Virus record (IMG/VR): IMGVR_UViG_3300020577_014021
Source: a virus
Taxonomy: Duplodnaviria; Caudoviricetes
DNA length: 64,000 nucleotides
Strand: one strand, 5' to 3'
Below the pieces are notes generated by a model, which made no database searches, had not been told where the DNA came from, and saw only the letters and a program-made list of their open reading frames with translations. Both the position numbers and the translations under genes were made by a program. Each line of letters starts with the position of its first letter. Position 1 is the stretch's first letter. Positions 40,888-50,361 of the stretch are shown piece after piece.

Positions 40888-41247
40888 TTATGGTATATTT
40901 ATATCATCTTTGTTTTCAACAGGTGCAATAATATTAGCAGAATCTGCTGCAATTGCATTATCCATCGCTACTTTTTGATCAGTTTGTAAAATATTATGCT
41001 GTAACAAAGTAGAAGCCAAAGTCATAACAACATTAACAATATCAATAATAGCTTCATAAGCTTTTGGATTGGTTGCCTGCATCATTTCAAATAAAGGCAA
41101 ATAATTTTTAAAATTTCCAACAGCATTTTCAACACTTGAAATCAAATCTTGAAATAAAGCAGGATCCAATTGTTGAGTTTTTTCTTCATTCTGTGCACCT
41201 AATTGAGGTTCAATTGGTTCTTTGTATTCGGTATTTACACTATCCAT
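40888..41247 (-). CDS. Hypothetical protein
   Basis: ORF in operon. Confidence 0.5.
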   Translation of the reverse strand: MDSVNTEYKEPIEPQLGAQNEEKTQQLDPALFQDLISSVENAVGNFKNYLPLFEMMQATNPKAYEAIIDIVNVVMTLASTLLQHNILQTDQKVAMDNAIAADSANIIAPVENKDDINIP

Positions 41248-41950
41248 GTGATTCCTCTGTTTGCTTCTGAAAAGCTTTTAGCAACAAAGCAATATTATCT
41301 TTATCCCAACGAGAACCAAATACTACTTTCAAGGTATCATTTTTGTCTTGATAAATATGTAAACTGTTTTTACCTAAAAATTTATAACATATACATAATT
41401 TTTTATGTTCAGGTGTTAACTTAATAATTTCTTGGCAATCAGGACATGCTACTGTATGATGATTTTTTTGTAATTTGATTTCTGAAACATCATGTTTAAA
41501 AAAATGATTATCTACAAGCAAGTTAACAATTCTTTGTAAAGATTTATTAATAGCTTTATCATATTGAATATGATTTTCATCAAATAGATTATGAGCAGCT
41601 AAACACAATGCAATAACACGTGGTAAATCTTGTTCTTGGAATTCTAAAATTTGTTCTGATTTTTCAAGTAAAATACCACTGAATTTATTGTTTACATTTC
41701 TATTGACAGTTAATGTTAATTCAGTAGTAGGAATCTTAAGTGAAATATTATTGCCATTAGGCAATAAATTCAAACTCTTTGATAACCAAAAAGAAACTCC
41801 GCGTGGAATGATTTGTAACTGTTTTAAATAATCATTGATACAATCAGTATTCATATCAGGTAATGCAACTATAGCTTTGCTTAAAGCAACAAAGCCTTTT
41901 GCTCCTACCAATTCACGAATTTTTTGATTATAATTTGCAGTATCTGACAT
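41240..41950 (-). CDS. Hypothetical protein with C-terminal CxxC...CxC
   Basis: CPDC...CIC. Confidence 0.5.
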   Translation of the reverse strand: MSDTANYNQKIRELVGAKGFVALSKAIVALPDMNTDCINDYLKQLQIIPRGVSFWLSKSLNLLPNGNNISLKIPTTELTLTVNRNVNNKFSGILLEKSEQILEFQEQDLPRVIALCLAAHNLFDENHIQYDKAINKSLQRIVNLLVDNHFFKHDVSEIKLQKNHHTVACPDCQEIIKLTPEHKKLCICYKFLGKNSLHIYQDKNDTLKVVFGSRWDKDNIALLLKAFQKQTEESHG

Positions 41951-41990
41951 TACAATAGCTCCATTGGATATACTAAGTATAAGTTTTAAT

Positions 41991-42818
41991 TTATTTTATT
42001 GATAAATTCATGCCAGAGCTGGGAGCCAATGCCTCTCTTGGCTCATCATTTTCTTCATTTCGCAACTGATTTAAGTAATAAATTTCTCTTTGTAGCATCA
42101 GCAATTGAGGATATCGAATTTGTTTTTTAGTTCCATCAGCAGGGTCATAAGTATTCACTAAACGAATTTCATGCAAAACAACACCTATATACCAAGATGG
42201 TCTATATAAATAACGAGCAGCATATACACCGCCAGTACCCAGTTCTTGAAAAAATTGTGGTCTGTGTTGGCTGATCCAATGAATATTGCCATTTACAATT
42301 TCAAAATCAGTTCCTTCTACGTACTCTTCACCATTCATTCCTATTACGTATTCAATTTTTACAATAGGAAACATTGGCCTATCAGTGCCAGTGGGAGAAC
42401 AAATCATTTTTTCCCATTTTGGGACTACTATACTCTCATCCACTAAGTCTAAACGATCACTAATACCAAAAAATATTTGGCATTCATTGCCTTTATAAAA
42501 TCTTGGCACATGCAACATAGTAATCGCAGAATCAATAATGCCTTCTGCGCGATAATGTTTCTTAGCAGTATTATTATCAAATACACCTAAAAAACACTTA
42601 CCGCCCTTGTAAAAAAAACCATTGCTGCAATCATGATTTAAATGTGTTGAACGCGGGCTGCCCCGATCATTATCGCCGCCCGTACAAGGAACTGCCTTCC
42701 AATGCTTAAATTCAATCCCATGTGCTTCTACAAAATTATCAAAAGCATTAGCATCAAAAGATACTTGGTCTTGAGAAAAAATTAATGGATCTTCAACGTA
42801 TCCACCACGACTAGCCAT
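41991..42818 (-). CDS. Head-tail connector/neck protein
   Basis: 'W.A.PC......C.NGFFY', 'G.SDRL' pattern; position. Confidence 0.55.
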   Translation of the reverse strand: MASRGGYVEDPLIFSQDQVSFDANAFDNFVEAHGIEFKHWKAVPCTGGDNDRGSPRSTHLNHDCSNGFFYKGGKCFLGVFDNNTAKKHYRAEGIIDSAITMLHVPRFYKGNECQIFFGISDRLDLVDESIVVPKWEKMICSPTGTDRPMFPIVKIEYVIGMNGEEYVEGTDFEIVNGNIHWISQHRPQFFQELGTGGVYAARYLYRPSWYIGVVLHEIRLVNTYDPADGTKKQIRYPQLLMLQREIYYLNQLRNEENDEPREALAPSSGMNLSIK

Positions 42819-43032
42819 TATTATCTATCCATTTTATATTTTTATATTTTTGCCCAGCAACAAATTTTGCTATGGCCAAATGAGGGCCAGCGCCCAAAAT
42901 TTCACTACCTTTTTTGGTTGGATAAATTAATACCTTAAGCCCACCAAAGGTAACCAATAAATCCACTGGAATATCACCTTCTAAGTATCCAATGGTTTCT
43001 TTTGTTTTTATATATTTTGGAGAAATATCCAT
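42811..43032 (-). CDS. Hypothetical protein
   Basis: ORF in operon. Confidence 0.45.
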   Translation of the reverse strand: MDISPKYIKTKETIGYLEGDIPVDLLVTFGGLKVLIYPTKKGSEILGAGPHLAIAKFVAGQKYKNIKWIDNNG

Positions 43033-43034
43033 AA

Positions 43035-43868
43035 TTACACCGTAGACATAAAAACTGAGTTGTAATACATCATTTTTATATTTTTATATAACTCATCACG
43101 TTTTTCTTTTAAATCATCAATTCTTAAAGCATAAATATTAGGACCAGGACTGCCCACTGACTGTTGCATGCCATCCAAACTCAAACTAGAACTTGTCATT
43201 CTAATTAAAGGCCCTAAACGTGACAGAATATCTATAGCTGCCTCAATCCCAATCAAATCATTAAGAATTTCTGGTATTTTATTTTCTGGAAACCCCGTAG
43301 TACATTTGATAGAAAAAAACGCAGGCATAAACCGGGGTTGAACGGTAGATAAAATATAACTACTAAAAGAAGATGTAGCACCGGCAGTATTAAAAATAGT
43401 AGAAGAAAATATATTAGTAGAATAACCTAATGTAATTAAACCTGTTTGAAAATTACCTGTTTCAATTAATTCAGGCGGAAAAATGAAAAATGAATTACCA
43501 CTTGCATCCTCTATGGCCAATTCTTCCACGGACATAATAGGTCTATAAGGCATTTCTAAATGGCAATATGCTTGATATAGGTTTTTATCATATTCCTTAC
43601 GAATTTTTCTTTGTACAGGCGCAATATTAATTTTTATTTTCGTTTCAACCAAATTCATTGCGCGGTCTAATGCACGTTTTAAATCATTATTGTTTAATAC
43701 TTGACCAGTAAGTGGACTTTTAAGTGGTATACCAAACAAATAATCTGTTCGAAAAATTTCTGGTGAAATTAATGGCTCATAACGATTTACGTTAGCACCA
43801 GCATCAATAGCATATAAGGGATATACACATCCCATTGATCTTCTGCTATTGCTGTAGTCTGCACACAT
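43035..43868 (-). CDS. Head-tail adaptor protein
   Basis: 'YLFGIPL', 'RPI.SV..L', 'TGFP...P..L..LIG..AA...L', 'S.SLSLDG.QQS' adaptor pattern. Confidence 0.6.
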   Translation of the reverse strand: MCADYSNSRRSMGCVYPLYAIDAGANVNRYEPLISPEIFRTDYLFGIPLKSPLTGQVLNNNDLKRALDRAMNLVETKIKINIAPVQRKIRKEYDKNLYQAYCHLEMPYRPIMSVEELAIEDASGNSFFIFPPELIETGNFQTGLITLGYSTNIFSSTIFNTAGATSSFSSYILSTVQPRFMPAFFSIKCTTGFPENKIPEILNDLIGIEAAIDILSRLGPLIRMTSSSLSLDGMQQSVGSPGPNIYALRIDDLKEKRDELYKNIKMMYYNSVFMSTV

Positions 43869-43869
43869 A

Positions 43870-44274
43870 TTAACACAAACTCGGGTTTAAGGATTGTAAA
43901 GCAATAGCTCGTGAAATTACACCAGTTTTGGCTACTCCAAGTTCCGTTAATGTAAATGTCAAATTGCCTTGTGCAATTTTATCAGTAGCCAAAATACTAA
44001 ACTGCCAAATACTAGTATCTAGTGGAAAAGGCTGTGTTGCTATCCTGGTTATAACATTGGCACTGTTTATACTTGAAATAGTGATAGTCATAGTAGAACC
44101 AGCTGCAGGCATATACCTCAAACCTTGTTCATCATTGATATCAGATGCTTGTTCTACATCCATGATCTGAAAATATACAGTAGTGGCATTCCCCTCTCTC
44201 AATAAAAGCGTAGTAGCTACTTGCCAGCTATTGACATTTTGCACATTTTTTAGCATTCTACCGCCAAGAAGCAT
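43870..44274 (-). CDS. Virion structural protein (Ig-like?)
   Basis: Beta-rich; first gene of the - strand cluster, preceded by the late motif. Confidence 0.45.
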   Translation of the reverse strand: MLLGGRMLKNVQNVNSWQVATTLLLREGNATTVYFQIMDVEQASDINDEQGLRYMPAAGSTMTITISSINSANVITRIATQPFPLDTSIWQFSILATDKIAQGNLTFTLTELGVAKTGVISRAIALQSLNPSLC

Positions 44275-44346
44275 TGATAAATCCTTAGAAAAATTATAAT
44301 TTTATTATTAAAAGATTAAGTATATTAGTAATATAAGGTTAAATTT

Positions 44347-45048
44347 ATGAAAAACTCGTGGTTTATTATCATCGATGGGTTAGATAAAATTGGAAAAACC
44401 ACTCAAATTGGACTTTTAAAACAACATTTTATTAAACAAAAGAAAAAAATATTTACTACAAGATGTATAGGTGGTCCTGCTGACCCTAATACAATTCCTT
44501 ATATGCAAAAAATTAGAGATATTGTTTTTAATGATCAATTGCCCCCAGAAACAGAAGAAATGTTTTTAGATTTTGCTTCTACCCTAAATCTACGCATGAT
44601 TTATAAATTACAAAAAAAGAAACAATACGATTTTTTAATTCAAGATCGTGGGCCATTAAGTCACGTAAGTTATGGTTTGGCCAAAAAACATAATAGAATT
44701 ACAATTGATACCCTATATAGTCGTACATTAGACTACTTTCAATATTACATTAATAATTATATTAATATTTGTTTAATGCCTGATAAATTTTCATGGTTAG
44801 AAAACAGATTAAAAACAAATAATGTTCATGAAGATAGTTCAAAAAGGCATGATGAACTTGAAAAAATTGCTTTTCAAAAAAAAGTTTACAAGAATATGTT
44901 AAAAGAATTTGAAATTGCTTCTACGAAATATACAAGTGATTTTATTGATATTAATACTAGTCATCTTGTAAAAATATCAGAAAAACAAACTCCTCTTGAA
45001 GTTCATCAAGAGATTTTAAAAATCATTAATGAAAGGATTTCTCAATAA
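44347..45048 (+). CDS. tmk: Thymidylate kinase
   Basis: 'IIDGLDKIGKTTQ' P-loop; 'QDRG..S..SYG'. Confidence 0.8.
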   Translation: MKNSWFIIIDGLDKIGKTTQIGLLKQHFIKQKKKIFTTRCIGGPADPNTIPYMQKIRDIVFNDQLPPETEEMFLDFASTLNLRMIYKLQKKKQYDFLIQDRGPLSHVSYGLAKKHNRITIDTLYSRTLDYFQYYINNYINICLMPDKFSWLENRLKTNNVHEDSSKRHDELEKIAFQKKVYKNMLKEFEIASTKYTSDFIDINTSHLVKISEKQTPLEVHQEILKIINERISQ

Positions 45049-45593
45049 TGCCGCAATATCATGATGCTGACCTACAAAAACTTAATTCCAGAATTTCTGA
45101 ATTAGAAAATAATATTCAGAAAATTAACAAAAAATTTGAATATGACTTTTTTAATTTAACTCAAGAAGTTAAATATGTGAAACTAAACTCAAATGCAAAA
45201 GAACCTTTCAAAAAACATGATGGTGATGCAGGTTATGATTTGTATGCTTGTTTTACAGAAAAAGATTCTTATGAATTAAAACCTTTAGAACAAATAAAAA
45301 TTCCAACTGGCATTGCTATTTCTCTAAATGAATATACCGTAGGTCTGATTAATGATCGTTCTAGTATGGCGTCAAAACAACTAGTAATAAGTGGTGGTGT
45401 TATTGATGAACCCTACACTGGAGAAATTTCAATTTTACTAATGAATTTATCTAATACACCATATGAAATAAAAAATGGCGATAAAATTGCTCAAATTTTG
45501 ATTCAAGCTATAGTGAAAGTTAATTTTATAGAAGTAAAAGAATTAAAAGCAACTGAAAGAGGCAATAAAGGTTTTGGAAGTACAGGCAAATAG
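45048..45593 (+). CDS. dut: Trimeric dUTPase
   Basis: All five motifs: AGYDL, RSS, GVID..YTGE, GDKIAQ, RG.KGFGSTG. Confidence 0.95.
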   Translation: MPQYHDADLQKLNSRISELENNIQKINKKFEYDFFNLTQEVKYVKLNSNAKEPFKKHDGDAGYDLYACFTEKDSYELKPLEQIKIPTGIAISLNEYTVGLINDRSSMASKQLVISGGVIDEPYTGEISILLMNLSNTPYEIKNGDKIAQILIQAIVKVNFIEVKELKATERGNKGFGSTGK

Positions 45594-45606
45594 ATAATCT
45601 TTATAT

Positions 45607-45834
45607 ATGTGTTTTTTGTTTAAAAGAGATTTGTTAAAAAAATTCTATGGCAGATTTGTACATATAACTTTGCAAAATAATCAAGTTTTCTTTGGTTTAT
45701 TAGAAAAAAGTTGTAATCAACAATTATTGTTATGCTATGCTGGATTTTTTAAAACCAATGGAGAATTATTTCAAACTGATGTTTTATATATTAATAACAA
45801 AAAAGAAATTAAACATATATATACTTTAGATTAA
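45607..45834 (+). CDS. Small Sm/LSm-like protein
   Basis: 'L....G..V.I.L.N...F.G.L......L.L' Sm1-like pattern. Confidence 0.4.
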   Translation: MCFLFKRDLLKKFYGRFVHITLQNNQVFFGLLEKSCNQQLLLCYAGFFKTNGELFQTDVLYINNKKEIKHIYTLD

Positions 45835-45837
45835 ATT

Positions 45838-46347
45838 ATGGAAATTCTTGCTACTTCCCCAAATGCTATACATAGCGCCACTGGTTTAGATATCAGAACC
45901 AATAATGAAATGTTAAAAACAGCAGGACAAATATTAAGTGGAACACTTATTTATTGTCATGGACCTACCTTGATTAAACTTGAAAAAAATTATTCTCATG
46001 ATGATTTATGGAGTGAATGGGCAAGAGAAAGTAGACAAAATTATAGATGGTTATGTCAATATTTCAAAACTCTTTGTGCTGTTTTTTTAAAACACAGGAA
46101 AAAAAATCATCAATATGAAAAATTTTATGATGATTTTTATCATAAATATATTCATTTTATTCCTCCTGGATATCAGACTCCTTTTAAAAATAGCACCAAG
46201 TACCAAGACTTACCGACGCATGAAGCATATCAAAGAGCTTTAAAGGATAAATCTGTGTATAATGGGATAAATTTCGAAAATAATGATTTTTTTACAGATG
46301 AAGAATTGCTTTATGTAAACGAAATATATAAAGATTCTCATTTGTAA
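45838..46347 (+). CDS. Pyrimidine-dimer glycosylase/endonuclease V-like protein
   Basis: 'M.I....P...A..LD....M.....Q.LS', 'WARES.QNY.WL..Y...LC...R.K.H'. Confidence 0.6.
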   Translation: MEILATSPNAIHSATGLDIRTNNEMLKTAGQILSGTLIYCHGPTLIKLEKNYSHDDLWSEWARESRQNYRWLCQYFKTLCAVFLKHRKKNHQYEKFYDDFYHKYIHFIPPGYQTPFKNSTKYQDLPTHEAYQRALKDKSVYNGINFENNDFFTDEELLYVNEIYKDSHL

Positions 46348-46399
46348 ATACAAAAATTTTTGTTGCATAAAATGAAATGTATGGTAAATAAAACTTACC

Positions 46400-47188
46400 A
46401 TGAAATATCGTTTTGATTGTAAAATTTTATCACCAGAAGAAGAAGAAGAAACATTAATTGAATATTATCAAACTAAAAATAAAAAATTAGCTGAAAAATT
46501 ACTTCTCTCTAACTACAAGCTCATTGTACAAACAGCTATGAAATTTCAAAATTATGGCTTGCCATTAGAAGATCTTATACAAGAGGGATGCGTAGGTTTT
46601 TCTTTAGCCTTAGAAAAATTTGATATTAATAGAAAACTTCGTTTAAATACTTATGCTTTATATTGGATTAAAGCTTATATTATGTTTTATATTTATAAAA
46701 ACTTTTTTATATGTCGGTATAATTCAACGCCCACCAATGTAAAACTTTTTTATAAATTTAGGAAACTTAAACAAGAATTTAGTGAATTGGGAAACTTCGA
46801 TATCAGTAATGATGAAGTTTTAGAAAAAATAAGCAAACATTTGAATATTGGAAAAGAGCACGTTGAACAAATCAACAATCTTTTAATGAATAAAGAATCA
46901 TCCAATATTGATTCAAAAAAATCACTTATTGATCCAGAAAATTCACCAGAAGAAAAACTTATTGAAAAAAACAAATATGAATACATAATGAAAAAATTTC
47001 AAGACTTAAAATTAAATGATACAAAAAAAACTGTTTTTATGAAATATTTTATAAATCCCAAACAAGAAACTTTTGAGACACTTGGCAAGGAACTGAATTT
47101 ATCCAAAACAAAAACACGACAAATTTATAATAATATTGTCAAACAAATTTCTAAAATAAACCATAAAGAAAATCTGGCTTTGCAATAA
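46400..47188 (+). CDS. Sigma-70 family (RpoH-like) sigma factor
   Basis: 'LLLSNYKLIV..A..F.NYGLPLEDLIQEG..G...A.EKFD....RL.TYA.YWIKA.I'; C-terminal HTH. Confidence 0.9.
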   Translation: MKYRFDCKILSPEEEEETLIEYYQTKNKKLAEKLLLSNYKLIVQTAMKFQNYGLPLEDLIQEGCVGFSLALEKFDINRKLRLNTYALYWIKAYIMFYIYKNFFICRYNSTPTNVKLFYKFRKLKQEFSELGNFDISNDEVLEKISKHLNIGKEHVEQINNLLMNKESSNIDSKKSLIDPENSPEEKLIEKNKYEYIMKKFQDLKLNDTKKTVFMKYFINPKQETFETLGKELNLSKTKTRQIYNNIVKQISKINHKENLALQ

Positions 47189-47191
47189 AGG

Positions 47192-47428
47192 ATGTATATG
47201 AAATATTTAATCAAAATTACTTTTAACGTTTTAATTGATCAAAAACATCAAACAGTAGAGCATTATTGCTCTTCTTATATAAATGATGATAATGAACTTA
47301 AATTATTTGACGACAACAAACAAATTTTGTGCTGTTTCAAAAAATCACATTTGCTTAATGTTGAAATTGAAGATTTAAATCCTAATGAACCTGAGTCCAC
47401 ACCAAAGAAAAAGAAAAAAGCCGCTTAA
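47192..47428 (+). CDS. Hypothetical protein
   Basis: ORF directly after sigma. Confidence 0.45.
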   Translation: MYMKYLIKITFNVLIDQKHQTVEHYCSSYINDDNELKLFDDNKQILCCFKKSHLLNVEIEDLNPNEPESTPKKKKKAA

Positions 47429-47880
47429 TTATTACCGTTTAATTTCCTCAATTGTTTAACCAAAATAGTTACTTGATTTAAAACATAATTAATATCTTTA
47501 TACTGCCCATATTTTTGTGAGCCAAAAGAAGATAAATCCTCGTTTTCAAACCAATGTTTTTTATCAGGTATTTTATCCCAAAAGCCACAACAATGAAATC
47601 CTATCCACCATAACTTTGCTTCTTTTTTATTAAACAATGGATTAATGTGACTCACATAATTAATACCATGATGCACTTTCACATTATCAAAGCATTCCTG
47701 ATGACGTTCAAACAGAGGATGTTCTTTATCAACAGCACTATACCCACTATAAGTTTTTGTACCCTCATCTTTTAATATGATGCATAGATATTTATCGATG
47801 TTATAATACAAAAAAGAGGGGCCGACATCATATTTTTTAAAATTATCAGGATCATAAATAAAGTACAAATTATTCTTCAT
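47425..47880 (-). CDS. Conserved phage hypothetical protein
   Basis: 'GY.AV...HPL', 'VH.GI.Y', 'WWIGF.C....D', 'YKD..YV' pattern. Confidence 0.6.
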   Translation of the reverse strand: MKNNLYFIYDPDNFKKYDVGPSFLYYNIDKYLCIILKDEGTKTYSGYSAVDKEHPLFERHQECFDNVKVHHGINYVSHINPLFNKKEAKLWWIGFHCCGFWDKIPDKKHWFENEDLSSFGSQKYGQYKDINYVLNQVTILVKQLRKLNGNN

Positions 47881-47887
47881 AAAAATT

Positions 47888-48667
47888 ATGCCAAAAATAA
47901 CTGATATTACTTCATACTTTATATATTGTTCCCAAAAACAAAATCATTTTTTAAATGTCAATAAACTACAATTTTTTTTGTACTATAGTCAGATGTATCA
48001 CTTAGCTTATAACCAATCCCTGTTATTCAATGAGCCTATTATTACACAGCAAAATGGTGTCATAATAGAACCTGTTTTTTATGACTATTTACAATATCGT
48101 TACAAGTCTATAGACATACAAAAAAACTATCCAACACTCAATCCCAAAACCGAAAAGATTCTTTCTTTGGTTAATAATATATATACACATTTTGATTCAT
48201 TTGAATTAGAAAAGTACATTAAGTCCGAACTCCCTTTTATAGAAGCTTACGCTACTAATAATCCTATTGATGTTAAAAAGTATAAATCCTATTACCGCAC
48301 AAACGCTTTAACTTCACCTGAGAAAGAGCAGTTAAAACAAACTATCCTTAAACATCATGAACATGCTTTGTCATCTTACAATAAAAACCCGCAAGAACTC
48401 TTACCATTATTTAACCTGCTCGATTTCATCGAGCAACTACCATTAAATATCCTCGTGCCTCAATACCATCACGCTGATCATTGGCATAAACCGCATCTTC
48501 ATTTTAATGTGCACCATGATATATTAGATATATACTTTACACTTGATAGAATCTATTACAAAGGATTAATAAGTTTCAAACAAATTAATAACTCGCACAA
48601 ATGGAAAAAGTCCATACCAAAGAAACTTTTAAACTTACTTACCCATTATCCTTTTTCGCAAGATTAA
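47888..48667 (+). CDS. Panacea (SocA/DUF4065) antitoxin-domain protein with C-terminal extension
   Basis: 'KLQ..LYY.Q..HL......LF.E.I....NG.....VF..Y'. Confidence 0.7.
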   Translation: MPKITDITSYFIYCSQKQNHFLNVNKLQFFLYYSQMYHLAYNQSLLFNEPIITQQNGVIIEPVFYDYLQYRYKSIDIQKNYPTLNPKTEKILSLVNNIYTHFDSFELEKYIKSELPFIEAYATNNPIDVKKYKSYYRTNALTSPEKEQLKQTILKHHEHALSSYNKNPQELLPLFNLLDFIEQLPLNILVPQYHHADHWHKPHLHFNVHHDILDIYFTLDRIYYKGLISFKQINNSHKWKKSIPKKLLNLLTHYPFSQD

Positions 48668-50194
48668 AGCCATGCCAATTATATTACCAAAAATAAACTC
48701 GATTGGAAACGAAGCACCAGTGTTATTGCAAGAATGTACAGGAGAATTGTTGCTTGGAGTTGGTTTACTGTCTCCTGTATCTGGCTGCTCAACCTTAATA
48801 CACATCCTGGCTGTAGTATCACAAGTATAACCTGAAAAACACTGTACCTGCGCGCGGCAACCGCCCTGTGTCAATGGAACGCACTTCTGCTGCTCAGCAT
48901 TACAATAAGCATTTAAAGAGCATCCTGAATCATCAGTACACTTAATGTAAGACGGATCGTAATCTTGACACTTATGCTCTAAATTACAAATCTGACCAGT
49001 TTTGCAATCAGTATTAACTGTACATTCTGGTTTTTTTAACTCACATTTGTTTACACTGGTATTGCATACATATTCAGATGTAGACCAAGAATATTTACAA
49101 TCCGAATCTTGAGTGCATTCAGGTGGCCGAGGAACACACTTATTGGTATTTGTATCACACATATTTCCTAGCGTACACGTGCTGTCATTGATGCACTCAG
49201 CACATGCACCTTGTTCTGTGCATACATCCTTTTCATTTGCGCACGGACTACAAGTCGTACCGCACATTTTATTGCTCCGACATACAACTTTTGTATCTTG
49301 ACATAATCCACTTATGCACTGAAAACCTTGATTACAATCTTTAGTTTCATCACACATCTGACATGAAGTGCCATCATATCCATCAATGGTATTGAATAAT
49401 AACCATTTATTCAAAATTGACATTTTATATGGGTTGCCTTTGTCATCCAAATATTTATTATTTTCAAGGTCACTAATATTAATATTGGTATAACCAAAAC
49501 TAAAACCTGCATTGGTAGGGCTACCACTCAATGCACTCAATTCTATTAGAGCATTATCATTATTTTGATAATAAATAATTTCAAAAGGATATAAGCCCTC
49601 ACCTTCAAACTGGACTTGCCGAGTTACTTTATTAAACGGAGATTTATAATCTATATATAAAACAGGCTTACCGGCAATCAAAAGCAGCCCGCCATCATTT
49701 GCATTTAAACCAATAGTTTCAGTGAAGCCTGAAAAAACATTCAAGTATCCTCTAAAGTGAGTGATTACCTTTCTTCCATCAAAAGGTGTTTTTGTATAAT
49801 CCAAATAATCATAACTATCACTAAAATCACCTCTTGATGTTGTGTCAAATAAAAAACTTTGCATGTCCAATGTTCTACGAATACTATAAAGTTCATTGCT
49901 ATTTTTAAAAACATTACCTTTTATAGTAACAGCACCATTTAAACCATTATTTGATAATATGTAGGCATCTAAGGGTGTTTGTAAGTCAACTGAAGAATCA
50001 AATTTATGACTCCTGGAACATAACCCTGAATTGTAGTAATAATAAGGACGCGAAGGAGCTGCTCTTTCCGTTTGTTTAACCACTACTAAATCATTATAAT
50101 TTATGGTTTCTAGTGTCTTTTCATCAAAAGGCAATGGACTTGACATTAAACTTATAGGAAATAATAATACTAAGGCACAAATTATATTTATCAT
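48635..50194 (-). CDS. TraA-like surface protein (signal peptide, PA14-like domain, Cys-rich repeats, MYXO-CTERM-like tail)
   Basis: Start MINIICALVLL with GGAG RBS; 'GLC', 'FRGYLNV', 'GLYPFEIIYYQ...A.IE', 'CGTTCSPC', several C..DSDC-type repeats, 'SC..TG....hydrophobic..LRKR' end. Confidence 0.75.
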   Translation of the reverse strand: MINIICALVLLFPISLMSSPLPFDEKTLETINYNDLVVVKQTERAAPSRPYYYYNSGLCSRSHKFDSSVDLQTPLDAYILSNNGLNGAVTIKGNVFKNSNELYSIRRTLDMQSFLFDTTSRGDFSDSYDYLDYTKTPFDGRKVITHFRGYLNVFSGFTETIGLNANDGGLLLIAGKPVLYIDYKSPFNKVTRQVQFEGEGLYPFEIIYYQNNDNALIELSALSGSPTNAGFSFGYTNINISDLENNKYLDDKGNPYKMSILNKWLLFNTIDGYDGTSCQMCDETKDCNQGFQCISGLCQDTKVVCRSNKMCGTTCSPCANEKDVCTEQGACAECINDSTCTLGNMCDTNTNKCVPRPPECTQDSDCKYSWSTSEYVCNTSVNKCELKKPECTVNTDCKTGQICNLEHKCQDYDPSYIKCTDDSGCSLNAYCNAEQQKCVPLTQGGCRAQVQCFSGYTCDTTARMCIKVEQPDTGDSKPTPSNNSPVHSCNNTGASFPIEFIFGNIIGMALILRKRIMGK

Positions 50195-50361
50195 AAATTT
50201 TCTCCAAGGTAAATTCAGCAAAATTTCATCAATTACGATTTTAATAATCTAAAAAAAAAATATTGTCAAATATTTTACAAAAAAATAAAAATTAGATTTT
50301 ATATGTCTTAAATTGATTATAATACTTTTATTATAAATAACACTTATTTATTGTTTAAATA

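Noticed and set aside
15503-44274. eCIS, tailocin or T6SS rather than phage
   Set aside because: Head-tail adaptor-like genes, holin, HNH, dUTPase, tmk and phage-type accessory genes favour a phage, although capsid and terminase are not in the window
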